Assembly (NCBI GenBank): GCA_964016885.1
Contig: OZ024741.1
Coordinates: forward strand, 278,690,001-278,754,000
From: Eledone cirrhosa
Lineage: Eukaryota
Reading direction: 5' to 3'
Length of the DNA: 64,000 nt
The notes under the pieces were generated by a model, which had not been told where the DNA came from, ran no database searches, and saw only the letters and a program-made list of their open reading frames with translations. Both the position numbers and the translations under genes were made by a program. Of the stretch, positions 1 through 15,000 are shown in pieces (positions within the stretch are counted from its first letter, which is position 1; the number at the start of each line of letters is the position of its first letter).

Positions 1-3000
1 GGACTGTGGCTGCATCATATGGACACTGATGGCAGAGAACATGTGTTGGCTGGACTGTGACTGCATCATATGGACAGTGATGGCAGAGAACATGTGTTGG
101 CTGGACTGTGACTGTATAACATGGATAGTGATGGCAGAGAACATGTGTTGGCTGGACTGTGACTGCATCATATGGACAGTGATGGCAGGGAACATGTGTT
201 GGCTGGACTGTGACTGCATCATATGGACAGTGATGGCAGAGAACATGTGTTGGCTGGACTGTAACTGCATCACATGGACAGTGATGGCAGAGAACATGTG
301 TTGGCTGGACTGTGGCTGTATCACATGGACAGTGATGGCAGAGGACATGTGTTGGCTGGACTGTGACTGTATCACATGGATAGTGAAGGCAGAGAACATG
401 TGTTGGCTGGACTGTGACTGCATCACATGGTCAGTGATGGCAGAGAACATGTGTTGGCTAGACTGTGGCTGCATCACATGGTCAGTGATGGCAGAGAACA
501 TGTGTTGGCTGGACTGTGACTGCATCATATGGACAGTGATGGCAGAGAACATGTGTTGGCTGGACTGTGACTGCATCATATGGACAGTGATGGCAGAGAA
601 CATGTGTTGGCTGGACTGTGACTGCAACACATGGACAGTGATGGCAGAGAACATGTGTTGGCTGGACTGTAACTGCATCATATGGACAGTGATGGCAGAG
701 AACATGTGTTGGCTGGACTGTGGCTGCATCACATGGACAGTGATGGCAGAGGACATGTGTTGGCTGGACTGTGACTGCATCACATGGACAGTGATGGCAG
801 AGAACATGTGTTGGCTGGACTGTGACTGCATCATATGGACAGTGATGGCAGAGAACATGTGTTGGCTGGACTGTGACTGCATCATATGGATAGTGATGGC
901 AGAGAACATGTGTTGGCTGGACTGTGACTGCATCACATGGTCAGTGATGGCAGAGAACATGTGTTGGCTAGACTGTGGCTGCATCACATGGTCAGTGATG
1001 GCAGAGAACATGTGTTGGCTGGACTGTGACTGCATCATATGGACAGTGATGGCAGAGAACATGTGTTGGCTGGACTGTGACTGCATCATATGGACAGTGA
1101 TGGGAGAGAACATGTGTTGGCTGGACTGTGGCGGCATCATATGGACAGTGATGGCAGAGAACATGTGTTGGCTGGACTGTGACTGCATCATATGGACAGT
1201 GATGGCAGAGAACATGTGTTGGCTGGACTGTGACTGCATCATATGGACAGTGATGGCAGAGAATATGTGTTGGCTGGACTGTGACTGCATCACATGGTCA
1301 GTGATGGCAGAGAATATGTGTTGGCTAGACTGTGGCTGCATCACATGGTCAGTGATGGCAGAGAACATGTGCTGGCTGGACTGTGACTGCATCATATGGA
1401 CAGTGATGGCAGAGAACATGTGTTGGCTGGACCGTGACTGCATCATATGGACAGTGATGCCAGAGAACATGTGTTGGCTGGACTGTGACTGCATCACATG
1501 GACAGTGATGGCAGAGAACATGTGTTGGCTGGACTGTGGCTGCATCACATGGACAGTGATGGCAGAGAACATGTGTTGGCTGGACTGTGACTGCATCATA
1601 TGGACAGTGATGGCAGAGAACATGTGTTGGCTGGACTGTGACTGCATCATATGGACAGTGATGGCAGAGAACATGTGTTGGCTCGACTGTGACTGCATCA
1701 TATGGACAGTGATGGCTGAGAACATGTGTTGGCTGGACTGTGGCTGCATCATATGGACAGTGATGGCAGAGAACATGTGTTGGCTGGACTGTGACTGCAT
1801 CATATGGACAGTGATGGCAGAGAACATGTGTTGGCTGGACTGTGACTGTATCACATGGATAGTGATGGCAGAGAACATGTGTTGGCTGGACTGTGACTGC
1901 ATCACATGGACAGTGATGGCAGAGAACATGTGTTGGCTGGACTGTGACTGCATCACATGGACAGTGATGGCAGAGAACATGTGTTGGCTGGACTGTGACT
2001 GTATCACATGGACAGTGATGGCAGAGAACACGTGTTGGCTGGACTGTGACTGCATCACATGGACAGTGATGGCAGAGAACATGTGTTGGCTGGACTGTGA
2101 CTGCATCATATGGACAGTGATGGCAGAGAACATGTGTTGGCTGGACTGTGACTGTATCACATGGACAGTGATGGCAGAGGACATGTATTGGCTGGACTGT
2201 GACTGTATCACATGGACAGTGAAGGCAGAGAACATGTGTTGGCTGGCCTGTGACTGCATCACATGGACAGTGATGGCAGAGAACATGTTGTTGGCTGGAC
2301 TGTGACTGTATCACATGGACAGTGACGGCAGAGAACATGTGTTGGCTGGACTGTGACTGCATCACATGGACAGTGATGGCAGAGGACATGTGTTGGCTGG
2401 ACTGTGGCTGCATCATATGGACAGTGATGGTAGAGAACATGTGTTGGCTGGACTGTGACTGTATCACATGGACAGTGATGGCAGAGAACATGTGTTGGCT
2501 GGACTGTGACTGCATCATATGGACAGTGATGGCAGAGAACATGTGTTGGCTGGACTGTGACTGCATCACATGGACAGTGATGGCAGAGAACATGTGTTGG
2601 CTGGACTGTGACTGCATCACATGGACAGTGATTGCAGAGAACATGTGTTGGCTGGACTGTGACTGTATCACATGGTCAGTGATGGCAGAGAACATGTGTT
2701 GGCTTGACTGTGACTGCATCATATGGACAGTGATGGCAGAGAACATGTGTTGGTTGGACTGTGACTGGATCATATGGACAGTGATTGCAGAGAACATGTG
2801 TTGGCTGGACTGTGACCGTATCACATGGACAGTGATGGCAGAGAACATGTCTTGGCTAGACTGTGGCTGCATCACATGGTCAGTGATGGCAGAGAACATG
2901 TGTTGGCTAGACTGTGGCTGCATCACATGGTCAGTGATGGCAGAGAACATGTGTCGGCTGGACTGTGACTGCATCACATGGACAGTGATGGCAGAGAACA

Positions 3001-6000
3001 TGTGCTGGCTGGACTGTGACTGCATCACATGGACAGTGATGGCAGAGAACATGTGTTGGCTGGACTGTGACTGCATCATATGGACAGTGATGGCAGAGAA
3101 CATGTGTTGGCTGGACTGTGGCGGCATCATATGGACAGTGCTGGCAGAGAACATGTGTTGGCTGGACTGTGACTGCATCATATGGACAGTGATGGCAGAG
3201 AACATGTGTTGGCTGGACTGTGACTGCATGACATGGTCAGTGATGGCAGAGAATATGTGTTGGCTAGACTGTGGCTGCATCACATGGTCAGTGATGGCAG
3301 AGAACATGTGCTGGCTGGACTGTGACTGCATCATATGGACAGTGATGGCAGAGAACATGTGTTGGCTGGACTGTGACTGCATCATATGGACAGTGATGGC
3401 AGAGAACATGTGTTGGCTGGACTGTGACTGCATCACATGGACAGTGATGGCAGAGAACATGTGTTGGCTGGACTGTGACTGCATCATATGGACAGTGATG
3501 GCAGAGAACATGTGTTGGCTGGACTGTGACTGCATCATATGGACAGTGATGGCAGAGAACATGTGTTGGCTGGACTGTGGCTGCATCATATGGACACTGA
3601 TGGCAGAGAACATGTGTTGGCTGGACTGTGACTGCATCATATGGACAGTGATGGCAGAGAACATGTGTTGGCTGGACTGTGACTGTATAACATGGATAGT
3701 GATGGCAGAGAACATGTGTTGGCTGGACTGTGACTGCATCATATGGACAGTGATGGCAGAGAACATGTGTTGGCTGGACTGTGACTGCATCATATGGACA
3801 GTGATGGCAGAGAACATGTGTTGGCTGGACTGTAACTGCATCACATGGACAGTGATGGCAGAGAACATGTGTTGGCTGGACTGTGGCTGTATCACATGGA
3901 CAGTGATGGCAGAGGACATGTGTTGGCTGGACTGTGACTGTATCACATGGATAGTGAAGGCAGAGAACATGTGTTGGCTGGACTGTGACTGCATCACATG
4001 GTCAGTGATGGCAGAGAACATGTGTTGGCTAGACTGTGGCTGCATCACATGGTCAGTGATGGCAGAGAACATGTGTTGGCTGGACTGTGACTGCATCATA
4101 TGGACAGTGATGGCAGAGAACATGTGTTGGCTGGACTGTGACTGCATCATATGGACAGTGATGGCAGAGAACATGTGTTGGCTGGACTGTGACTGCAACA
4201 CATGGACAGTGATGGCAGAGAACATGTGTTGGCTGGACTGTAACTGCATCATATGGACAGTGATGGCAGAGAACATGTGTTGGCTGGACTGTGGCTGCAT
4301 CACATGGACAGTGATGGCAGAGGACATGTGTTGGCTGGACTGTGACTGCATCACATGGACAGTGATGGCAGAGAACATGTGTTGGCTGGACTGTGACTGC
4401 ATCATATGGACAGTGATGGCAGAGAACATGTGTTGGCTGGACTGTGACTGCATCATATGGATAGTGATGGCAGAGAACATGTGTTGGCTGGACTGTGACT
4501 GCATCACATGGTCAGTGATGGCAGAGAACATGTGTTGGCTAGACTGTGGCTGCATCACATGGTCAGTGATGGCAGAGAACATGTGTTGGCTGGACTGTGA
4601 CTGCATCATATGGACAGTGATGGCAGAGAACATGTGTTGGCTGGACTGTGACTGCATCATATGGACAGTGATGGGAGAGAACATGTGTTGGCTGGACTGT
4701 GGCGGCATCATATGGACAGTGATGGCAGAGAACATGTGTTGGCTGGACTGTGACTGCATCATATGGACAGTGATGGCAGAGAACATGTGTTGGCTGGACT
4801 GTGACTGCATCATATGGACAGTGATGGCAGAGAATATGTGTTGGCTGGACTGTGACTGCATCACATGGTCAGTGATGGCAGAGAATATGTGTTGGCTAGA
4901 CTGTGGCTGCATCACATGGTCAGTGATGGCAGAGAACATGTGCTGGCTGGACTGTGACTGCATCATATGGACAGTGATGGCAGAGAACATGTGTTGGCTG
5001 GACCGTGACTGCATCATATGGACAGTGATGCCAGAGAACATGTGTTGGCTGGACTGTGACTGCATCACATGGACAGTGATGGCAGAGAACATGTGTTGGC
5101 TGGACTGTGGCTGCATCACATGGACAGTGATGGCAGAGAACATGTGTTGGCTGGACTGTGACTGCATCATATGGACAGTGATGGCAGAGAACATGTGTTG
5201 GCTGGACTGTGACTGCATCATATGGACAGTGATGGCAGAGAACATGTGTTGGCTCGACTGTGACTGCATCATATGGACAGTGATGGCTGAGAACATGTGT
5301 TGGCTGGACTGTGGCTGCATCATATGGACAGTGATGGCAGAGAACATGTGTTGGCTGGACTGTGACTGCATCATATGGACAGTGATGGCAGAGAACATGT
5401 GTTGGCTGGACTGTGACTGTATCACATGGATAGTGATGGCAGAGAACATGTGTTGGCTGGACTGTGACTGCATCACATGGACAGTGATGGCAGAGAACAT
5501 GTGTTGGCTGGACTGTGACTGCATCACATGGACAGTGATGGCAGAGAACATGTGTTGGCTGGACTGTGACTGTATCACATGGACAGTGATGGCAGAGAAC
5601 ACGTGTTGGCTGGACTGTGACTGCATCACATGGACAGTGATGGCAGAGAACATGTGTTGGCTGGACTGTGACTGCATCATATGGACAGTGATGGCAGAGA
5701 ACATGTGTTGGCTGGACTGTGACTGTATCACATGGACAGTGATGGCAGAGGACATGTATTGGCTGGACTGTGACTGTATCACATGGACAGTGAAGGCAGA
5801 GAACATGTGTTGGCTGGCCTGTGACTGCATCACATGGACAGTGATGGCAGAGAACATGTTGTTGGCTGGACTGTGACTGTATCACATGGACAGTGACGGC
5901 AGAGAACATGTGTTGGCTGGACTGTGACTGCATCACATGGACAGTGATGGCAGAGGACATGTGTTGGCTGGACTGTGGCTGCATCATATGGACAGTGATG

Positions 6001-9000
6001 GTAGAGAACATGTGTTGGCTGGACTGTGACTGTATCACATGGACAGTGATGGCAGAGAACATGTGTTGGCTGGACTGTGACTGCATCATATGGACAGTGA
6101 TGGCAGAGAACATGTGTTGGCTGGACTGTGACTGCATCACATGGACAGTGATGGCAGAGAACATGTGTTGGCTGGACTGTGACTGCATCACATGGACAGT
6201 GATGGCAGAGAACATGTGTTGGCTGGACTGTGACTGCATCATATGGACAGTGATGGCACAGAACATGTGTTGGCTGGACTGTGACTGCATCATATGGACA
6301 GTGATGGCAGAGAACATGTGTTGGCTGGACTGTGACTGCATCACATGGTCAGTGATGGCAGAGAACATGTGTTGGCTAGACTGTGGCTGCATCACATGGT
6401 CAGTGATGGCAGAGAACATGTGCTGGCTGGATTGTGACTGCATCATATGGACAGTGATGGCAGAGAACATGTGTTGGCTGGACTGTGACTGCATCACATG
6501 GACAGTGATGGCAGAGAACATGTGTTGGCTGGACTGTGGCTGCATCATATGGACAGTGATGGCAGAGAACATGTGTTGGCTGGACTGTGACTGCATCATA
6601 TGGACAGTGATGGCAGAGAACATGTGTTGGCTGGACTGTGACTGCATCATATGGACAGTGATGGCAGAGAACAAGTGTTGGCTGGACTGTGGCTGCATCA
6701 TATGGGCAGTGATGGCAGAGAACATGTGTTGGCTAGACTGTGGCTGTATCACATGGACAGTGATGGCAGAGGACATGTGTTGGCTAGACTGTGACTGTAT
6801 CACATGGACAGTGAAGGCAGAGAACATGTGTTGGCTGGACTGTTACTGTATCACATGGTCAGTGATGGCAGAGAACATGTGTTGGATAGACTGTGGCTGC
6901 ATCACATGGTCAGTGATGGCAGAGAACATGTGTTGGCTGGACTGTGACTGCATCATATGGACAGTGATGGCAGAGAACATGTGTTGGCTGGACTGTGACT
7001 GCATCATATGGACAGTGATGGCAGAGGACATGTGCTGGCTGGACTGTGACTGCATCATATGGACAGTGATGGAAGAGAACATGTGTTGGCTGGACTGTGA
7101 CTGCATCATATGGACAGTGATGGCAGAGAACATGTGTTGGCTGGACTGTAACTGCATCATATGGACAGTGATGGCAGAGAACATGTGTTGGCTGGACTGT
7201 GGCTGCATCACATGGACAGTGATGGCAGAGGACATGTGTTGGCTGGACTGTGACTGCATCACATGGACAGTGATGGCAGAGAACATGTGTTGGCTGGACT
7301 GTGGCGGCATCATATGGACAGTGATGGCAGAGAACATGTGTTGGCTGGACTGTGACTGCATCACATGGACAGTGATGGCAGAGAACATGTGTTGGCTGGA
7401 CTGTGACTGCATCACATGGACAGTGATGGCAGAGAACATGTGTTGGCTAGACTGTGACTGCATCACATGGACAGTGATGGCAGAGAACATGTGTTGGCTG
7501 GACTGTAACTGCATCATATGGACAGTGATGGCAGAGAACATGTGTTGGCTGGACTGTGACTGCATCACATGGACAGTGATTGCAGAGAACATGTGTTGGC
7601 TGGACTGTGACTGTATCACATGGTCAGTGATGGCAGAGAACATGTGTTGGCTTGACTGTGACTGCATCATATGGACAGTGATGGCAGAGAACATGTGTTG
7701 GTTGGACTGTGACTGGATCATATGGACAGTGATTGCAGAGAACATGTGTTGGCTGGACTGTGACCGTATCACATGGACAGTGATGGCAGAGAACATGTCT
7801 TGGCTAGACTGTGGCTGCATCACATGGTCAGTGATGGCAGAGAACATGTGTTGGCTAGACTGTGGCTGCATCACATGGTCAGTGATGGCAGAGAACATGT
7901 GTCGGCTGGACTGTGACTGCATCATATGGACAGTGATGGCAGAGAACATGTGTTGGCTGGACTGTGACTGCATCATATGGACAGTGATGGCAGAGAACAT
8001 GTGTTGGCTGGACTGTGGCGGCATCATATGGACAGTGCTGGCAGAGAACATGTGTTGGCTGGACTGTGACTGCATCATATGGACAGTGATGGCAGAGAAC
8101 ATGTGTTGGCTGGACTGTGACTGCATGACATGGTCAGTGATGGCAGAGAATATGTGTTGGCTAGACTGTGGCTGCATCACATGGTCAGTGATGGCAGAGA
8201 ACATGTGCTGGCTGGACTGTGACTGCATCATATGGACAGTGATGGCAGAGAACATGTGTTGGCTGGACTGTGACTGCATCATATGGACAGTGATGGCAGA
8301 GAACATGTGTTGGCTGGACTGTGACTGCATCACATGGACAGTGATGGCAGAGAACATGTGTTGGCTGGACTGTGACTGCATCATATGGACAGTGATGGCA
8401 GAGAACATGTGTTGGCTGGACTGTGACTGCATCATATGGACAGTGATGGCAGAGAACATGTGTTGGCTGGACTGTGGCTGCATCATATGGACACTGATGG
8501 CAGAGAACATGTGTTGGCTGGACTGTGACTGCATCATATGGACAGTGATGGCAGAGAACATGTGTTGGCTGGACTGTGACTGTATAACATGGATAGTGAT
8601 GGCAGAGAACATGTGTTGGCTGGACTGTGACTGCATCATATGGACAGTGATGGCAGAGAACATGTGTTGGCTGGACTGTGACTGCATCATATGGACAGTG
8701 ATGGCAGAGAACATGTGTTGGCTGGACTGTAACTGCATCACATGGACAGTGATGGCAGAGAACAAGTGTTGGCTGGACTGTGGCTGTATCACATGGACAG
8801 TGATGGCAGAGGACATGTGTTGGCTGGACTGTGACTGTATCACATGGATAGTGAAGGCAGAGAACATGTGTTGGCTGGACTGTGACTGCATCACATGGTC
8901 AGTGATGGCAGAGAACATGTGTTGGCTAGACTGTGGCTGCATCACATGGTCAGTGATGGCAGAGAACATGTGTTGGCTGGACTGTGACTGCATCATATGG

Positions 9001-12000
9001 ACAGTGATGGCAGAGAACATGTGTTGGCTGGACTGTGACTGCATCATATGGACAGTGATGGCAGAGAACATGTGTTGGCTGGACTGTGACTGCAACACAT
9101 GGACAGTGATGGCAGAGAACATGTGTTGGCTGGACTGTAACTGCATCATATGGACAGTGATGGCAGAGAACATGTGTTGGCTGGACTGTGGCTGCATCAC
9201 ATGGACAGTGATGGCAGAGGACATGTGTTGGCTGGACTGTGACTGCATCACATGGACAGTGATGGCAGAGAACATGTGTTGGCTGGACTGTGACTGCATC
9301 ATATGGACAGTGATGGCAGAGAACATGTGTTGGCTGGACTGTGACTGCATCATATGGATAGTGATGGCAGAGAACATGTGTTGGCTGGACTGTGACTGCA
9401 TCACATGGTCAGTGATGGCAGAGAACATGTGTTGGCTAGACTGTGGCTGCATCACATGGTCAGTGATGGCAGAGAACATGTGTTGGCTGGACTGTGACTG
9501 CATCATATGGACAGTGATGGCAGAGAACATGTGTTGGCTGGACTGTGACTGCATCATATGGACAGTGATGGGAGAGAACATGTGTTGGCTGGACTGTGGC
9601 GGCATCATATGGACAGTGATGGCAGAGAACATGTGTTGGCTGGACTGTGACTGCATCATATGGACAGTGATGGCAGAGAACATGTGTTGGCTGGACTGTG
9701 ACTGCATCATATGGACAGTGATGGCAGAGAATATGTGTTGGCTGGACTGTGACTGCATCACATGGTCAGTGATGGCAGAGAATATGTGTTGGCTAGACTG
9801 TGGCTGCATCACATGGTCAGTGATGGCAGAGAACATGTGCTGGCTGGACTGTGACTGCATCATATGGACAGTGATGGCAGAGAACATGTGTTGGCTGGAC
9901 CGTGACTGCATCATATGGACAGTGATGCCAGAGAACATGTGTTGGCTGGACTGTGACTGCATCACATGGACAGTGATGGCAGAGAACATGTGTTGGCTGG
10001 ACTGTGGCTGCATCACATGGACAGTGATGGCAGAGAACATGTGTTGGCTGGACTGTGACTGCATCATATGGACAGTGATGGCAGAGAACATGTGTTGGCT
10101 GGACTGTGACTGCATCATATGGACAGTGATGGCAGAGAACATGTGTTGGCTGGACTGTGACTGCATCATATGGACAGTGATGGCAGAGAACATGTGTTGG
10201 CTGGACTGTGACTGCATCATATGGACAGTGATGGCTGAGAACATGTGTTGGCTGGACTGTGGCTGCATCATATGGACAGTGATGGCAGAGAACATGTGTT
10301 GGCTGGACTGTGACTGCATCATATGGACAGTGATGGCAGAGAACATGTGTTGGCTGGACTGTGACTGTATCACATGGATAGTGATGGCAGAGAACATGTG
10401 TTGGCTGGACTGTGACTGCATCACATGGACAGTGATGGCAGAGAACATGTGTTGGCTGGACTGTGACTGCATCATATGGACAGTGATGCCAGAGAACATG
10501 TGTTGGCTGGACTGTGACTGCATCATATGGACAGTGATGGCAGAGAACATGTGTTGGCTGGACTGTGACTGCATCATATGGACAGTGATGGCAGAGAACA
10601 TGTGTTGGCTGGACTGTGACTGCATCACATGGACAGTGATGGCAGAGAACATGTGTTTGCTGGACTGTGACTGCATCACATGAACAGTGATGGCAGAGAA
10701 CATGTGTTGGCTGGACTGTGACTGCATCATATGGACAGTGATGGCAGAGAACATGTGTTGGCTGGACTGTAACTGCATCACATGGACAGTGATGGCAGAG
10801 AACATGTGTTGGCTGGACTGTGGCTATATCACATGGACAGTGATGGCAGAGGACATGTGTTGGCTGGACTGTGACTGTATCACATGGATAGTGAAGGCAG
10901 AGAACATGTGTTGGCTGGACTGTGACTGCATCACATGGTCAGTGATGGCAGAGAACATGTGTTGGCTAGACTGTGGCTGCATCACATGGTCAGTGATGGC
11001 AGAGAACATGTGTTGGCTGGACTGTGACTGCATCATATGGACAGTGATGGCAGAGAACATGTGTTGGCTGGACTGTGACTGCATCATATGGACAGTGATG
11101 GCAGAGAACATGTGTTGGCTGGACTGTGACTGCAACACATGGACAGTGATGGCAGAGAACATGTGTTGGCTGGACTGTAACTGCATCATATGGACAGTGA
11201 TGGCAGAGAACATGTGTTGGCTGGACTGTGGCTGCATCACATGGACAGTGATGGCAGAGGACATGTGTTGGCTGGACTGTGACTGCATCACATGGACAGT
11301 GATGGCAGAGAACATGTGTTGGCTGGACTGTGACTGCATCATATGGACAGTGATGGCAGAGAACATGTGTTGGCTGGACTGTGACTGCATCATATGGATA
11401 GTGATGGCAGAGAACATGTGTTGGCTGGACTGTGACTGCATCACATGGTCAGTGATGGCAGAGAACATGTGTTGGCTAGACTGTGGCTGCATCACATGGT
11501 CAGTGATGGCAGAGAACATGTGTTGGCTGGACTGTGACTGCATCATATGGACAGTGATGGCAGAGAACATGTATTGGCTGGACTGTGACTGCATCATATG
11601 GACAGTGATGGGAGAGAACATGTGTTGGCTGGACTGTGGCGGCATCATATGGACAGTGATGGCAGAGAACATGTGTTGGCTGGACTGTGACTGCATCATA
11701 TGGACAGTGATGGCAGAGAACATGTGTTGGCTGGACTGTGACTGCATCACATGGTCAGTGATGGCAGAGAATATGTGTTGGCTGGACTGTGACTGCATCA
11801 CATGGTCAGTGATGGCAGAGAACATGTGCTGGCTGGACTGTGACTGCATCATATGGACAGTGATGGCAGAGAACATGTGTTGGCTGGACCGTGACTGCAT
11901 CATATGGACAGTGATGCCAGAGAACATGTGTTGGCTGGACTGTGAATGCATCACATGGACAGTGATGGCAGAGAACATGTGTGGGCTGGACTGTGGCTGC

Positions 12001-15000
12001 ATCACATGGACAGTGATGGCAGAGAACATGTGTTGGCTGGACTGTGACTGCATCATATGGACAGTGATGGCAGAGAACATGTGTTGGCTGGACTGTGACT
12101 GCATCATATCGACAGTGATGGCAGAGAACATGTGTTGGCTAGACTGTGACTGCATCATATGGACAGTGATGGCTGAGAACATGTGTTGGCTGGACTGTGG
12201 CTGCATCATATGGACAGTGATGGCAGAGAACATGTCTTGGCTGGACCGTGACTGCATCATATGGACAGTGATGGCAGAGAACATGTGTTGGCTGGACTGT
12301 GACTGTATCACATGGATAGTGATGGCAGAGAACATGTGTTGGCTGGACTGTGACTGCATCACATGGACAGTGATGGCAGAGAACATGTGTTGGCTGGACT
12401 GTGACTGCATCATATGGACAGTGATGCCAGAGAACATGTGTTGGCTGGACTGTGACTGCATCATATGGACAGTGATGGCAGAGAACATGTGTTGGCCGGA
12501 CTGTGACTGCATCATATGGACAGTGATGGCAGAGAACATGTGTTGGCTGGACTGTGACTGCATCACATGGACAGTGATGGCAGAGAACATGTGTTTGCTG
12601 GACTGTGACTGCATCACATGAACAGTGATGGCAGAGAACATGTGCTGGCTGGACTGTGACTGCATCATATGGACAGTGATGGCAGAGAACATGTGTTGGC
12701 TGGACTGTGGTTGCATCACATGGACAGTGATGGCAGAGGACATGTGTTGGCTGGACTGTGACTGCATCACATGGACAGTGATGGCAGAGAACATGTGTTG
12801 GCTGGACTGTGACTGAATCATATGGACAGTGATGGCAGAGAACATGTGTTGGCTGGACTGTGACTGCATCATATGGATAGTGATGGCAGAGAACATGTGT
12901 TGGCTGGACTGTGACTGCATCACATGGTCAGTGATGGCAAAGAACATGTGTTGGCTGGACTGTGACTGCATCATATGGACAGTGATGGCAGAGAACATGT
13001 GTTGGCTGGACTGTGACTGCATCACATGGTCAGTGATGGCAGAGCACATGTGTTGGCTAGACTGTGGCTGCATCACATGGTCAGTGATGGCAGAGAACAT
13101 GTGTTGGCTGGACTGTGACTGCATCATATGGACAGTGATGGCAGAGAACATGTGTTGGCTGGACTGTGACTGCATCATATGGACAGTGATGGCAGAGAAC
13201 ATGTGTTGGCTGGACTGTGACTGCAACACATGGACAGTGATGGCAGAGAACATGTGTTGGCTGGACTGTAACTGCATCATATGGACAGTGATGGCAGAGA
13301 ACATGTGTTGGCTGGACTGTGGCTGCATCACATGGACAGTGATGGCAGAGGACATGTGTTGGCTGGACTGTGACTGCATCACATGGACAGTGATGGCAGA
13401 GAACATGTGTTGGCTGGACTGTGACTGCATCACATGGACAGTGATGGCAGAGAACATGTGTTGGCTGGACTGTGACAGCATCACATGGACAGTGATGGCA
13501 GAGAACATGTGTTGGCTGGACTGTGACTGCATCATATGGACAGTGATGGCAGAGAACATGTGTTGGCTGGACTGTAACTGCATCACATGGACAGTGATGG
13601 CAGAGAACATGTGTTGGCTGGACTGTGACTGCATCATATGGACAGTGATGGCAGAGAACATGTGTTGGCTGGACTGTGACTGCATCATATGGACAGTGAT
13701 GGCAGAGAACATGTGTTGGCTGGACTGTGACTGCATCACATGGTCAGTGATGGCAGAGAATATGTGTTGGCTAGACTGTGGCTGCATCACATGGTCAGTG
13801 ATGGCAGAGAACATGTGCTGGCTGGACTGTGACTGCATCATATGGACAGTGATGGCAGAGAACATGTGTTGGCTGGACTGTGACTGCATCATATGGACAG
13901 TGATGGCAGAGAACATGTGTTGACTGGACTGTGACTGCATCACATGGACAGTGATGGCAGAGAACATGTGTTGGCTGGACTGTGACTGCATCATATGGAC
14001 AGTGATGGCAGAGAACATGGGTTGGCTGGACTGTGACTGCATCATATGGACAGTGATGGCAGAGAACATGTGTTGGCTGGACTGTGGCTGCATCATATGG
14101 ACAGTGATGGCAGAGAACATGTGTTGGCTGGACTGTGACTGCATCATATGGACAGTGATGGCAGAGAACATGTGTTGGCTGGACTGTGACTGCATTATAT
14201 AGACAGTGATGGCAGAGAACATGTGTTGGCTGGACTGTGACTGCATCACATGGACAGTGATGGCAGAGAACATGTATTGGCTGGACTGTGACTGTATCAC
14301 ATGGACAGTGATGGCAGAGAACATGTGTTTGCTGGACTGTGACTGCATCACATGAACAGTGATGGCAGAGAACATGTGCTGGCTGGACTGTGAATGCATC
14401 ATATGGACAGTGATGGCAGAGAACATGTGTTGGCTGGATTGTGGTTGCATCACATGGACAGTGATGGCAGAGGACATGTGTTGGCTGGACTGTGACTGCA
14501 TCACATGGACAGTGATGGCAGAGAACATGTGTTGGCTGGACTGTGACTGCATCACATGGTCAGTGATGGCAGAGAACATGTGCTGGCTGGACTGTGACTG
14601 CATCACATGGACAGTGATGGCAGAGAACATGTGTTGGCTGGACTGTGACTGCATCATATGGACAGTGATGGCAGAGAACATGTGTTGGCTGGACTGTGGC
14701 GGCATCATATGGACAGTGATGGCAGAGAACATGTGTTGGCTGGACTGTGACTGCATCATATGGACAGTGATGGCAGAGAACATGTGTTGGCTGGACTGTG
14801 ACTGCATCATATGGACAGTGATGGTAGAGAACATGTGTTGGCTGGACTGTGACTGCATCACCTGGTCAGTGATGGCAGAGAATATGTGTTGGCTAGACTG
14901 TGGCTGCATCACATGGTCAGTGATGGCAGAGAACATGTGCTGGCTGGACTGTGACTGCATCATATGGACAGTGATGGCAGAGAACATGTGTTGGCTGGAC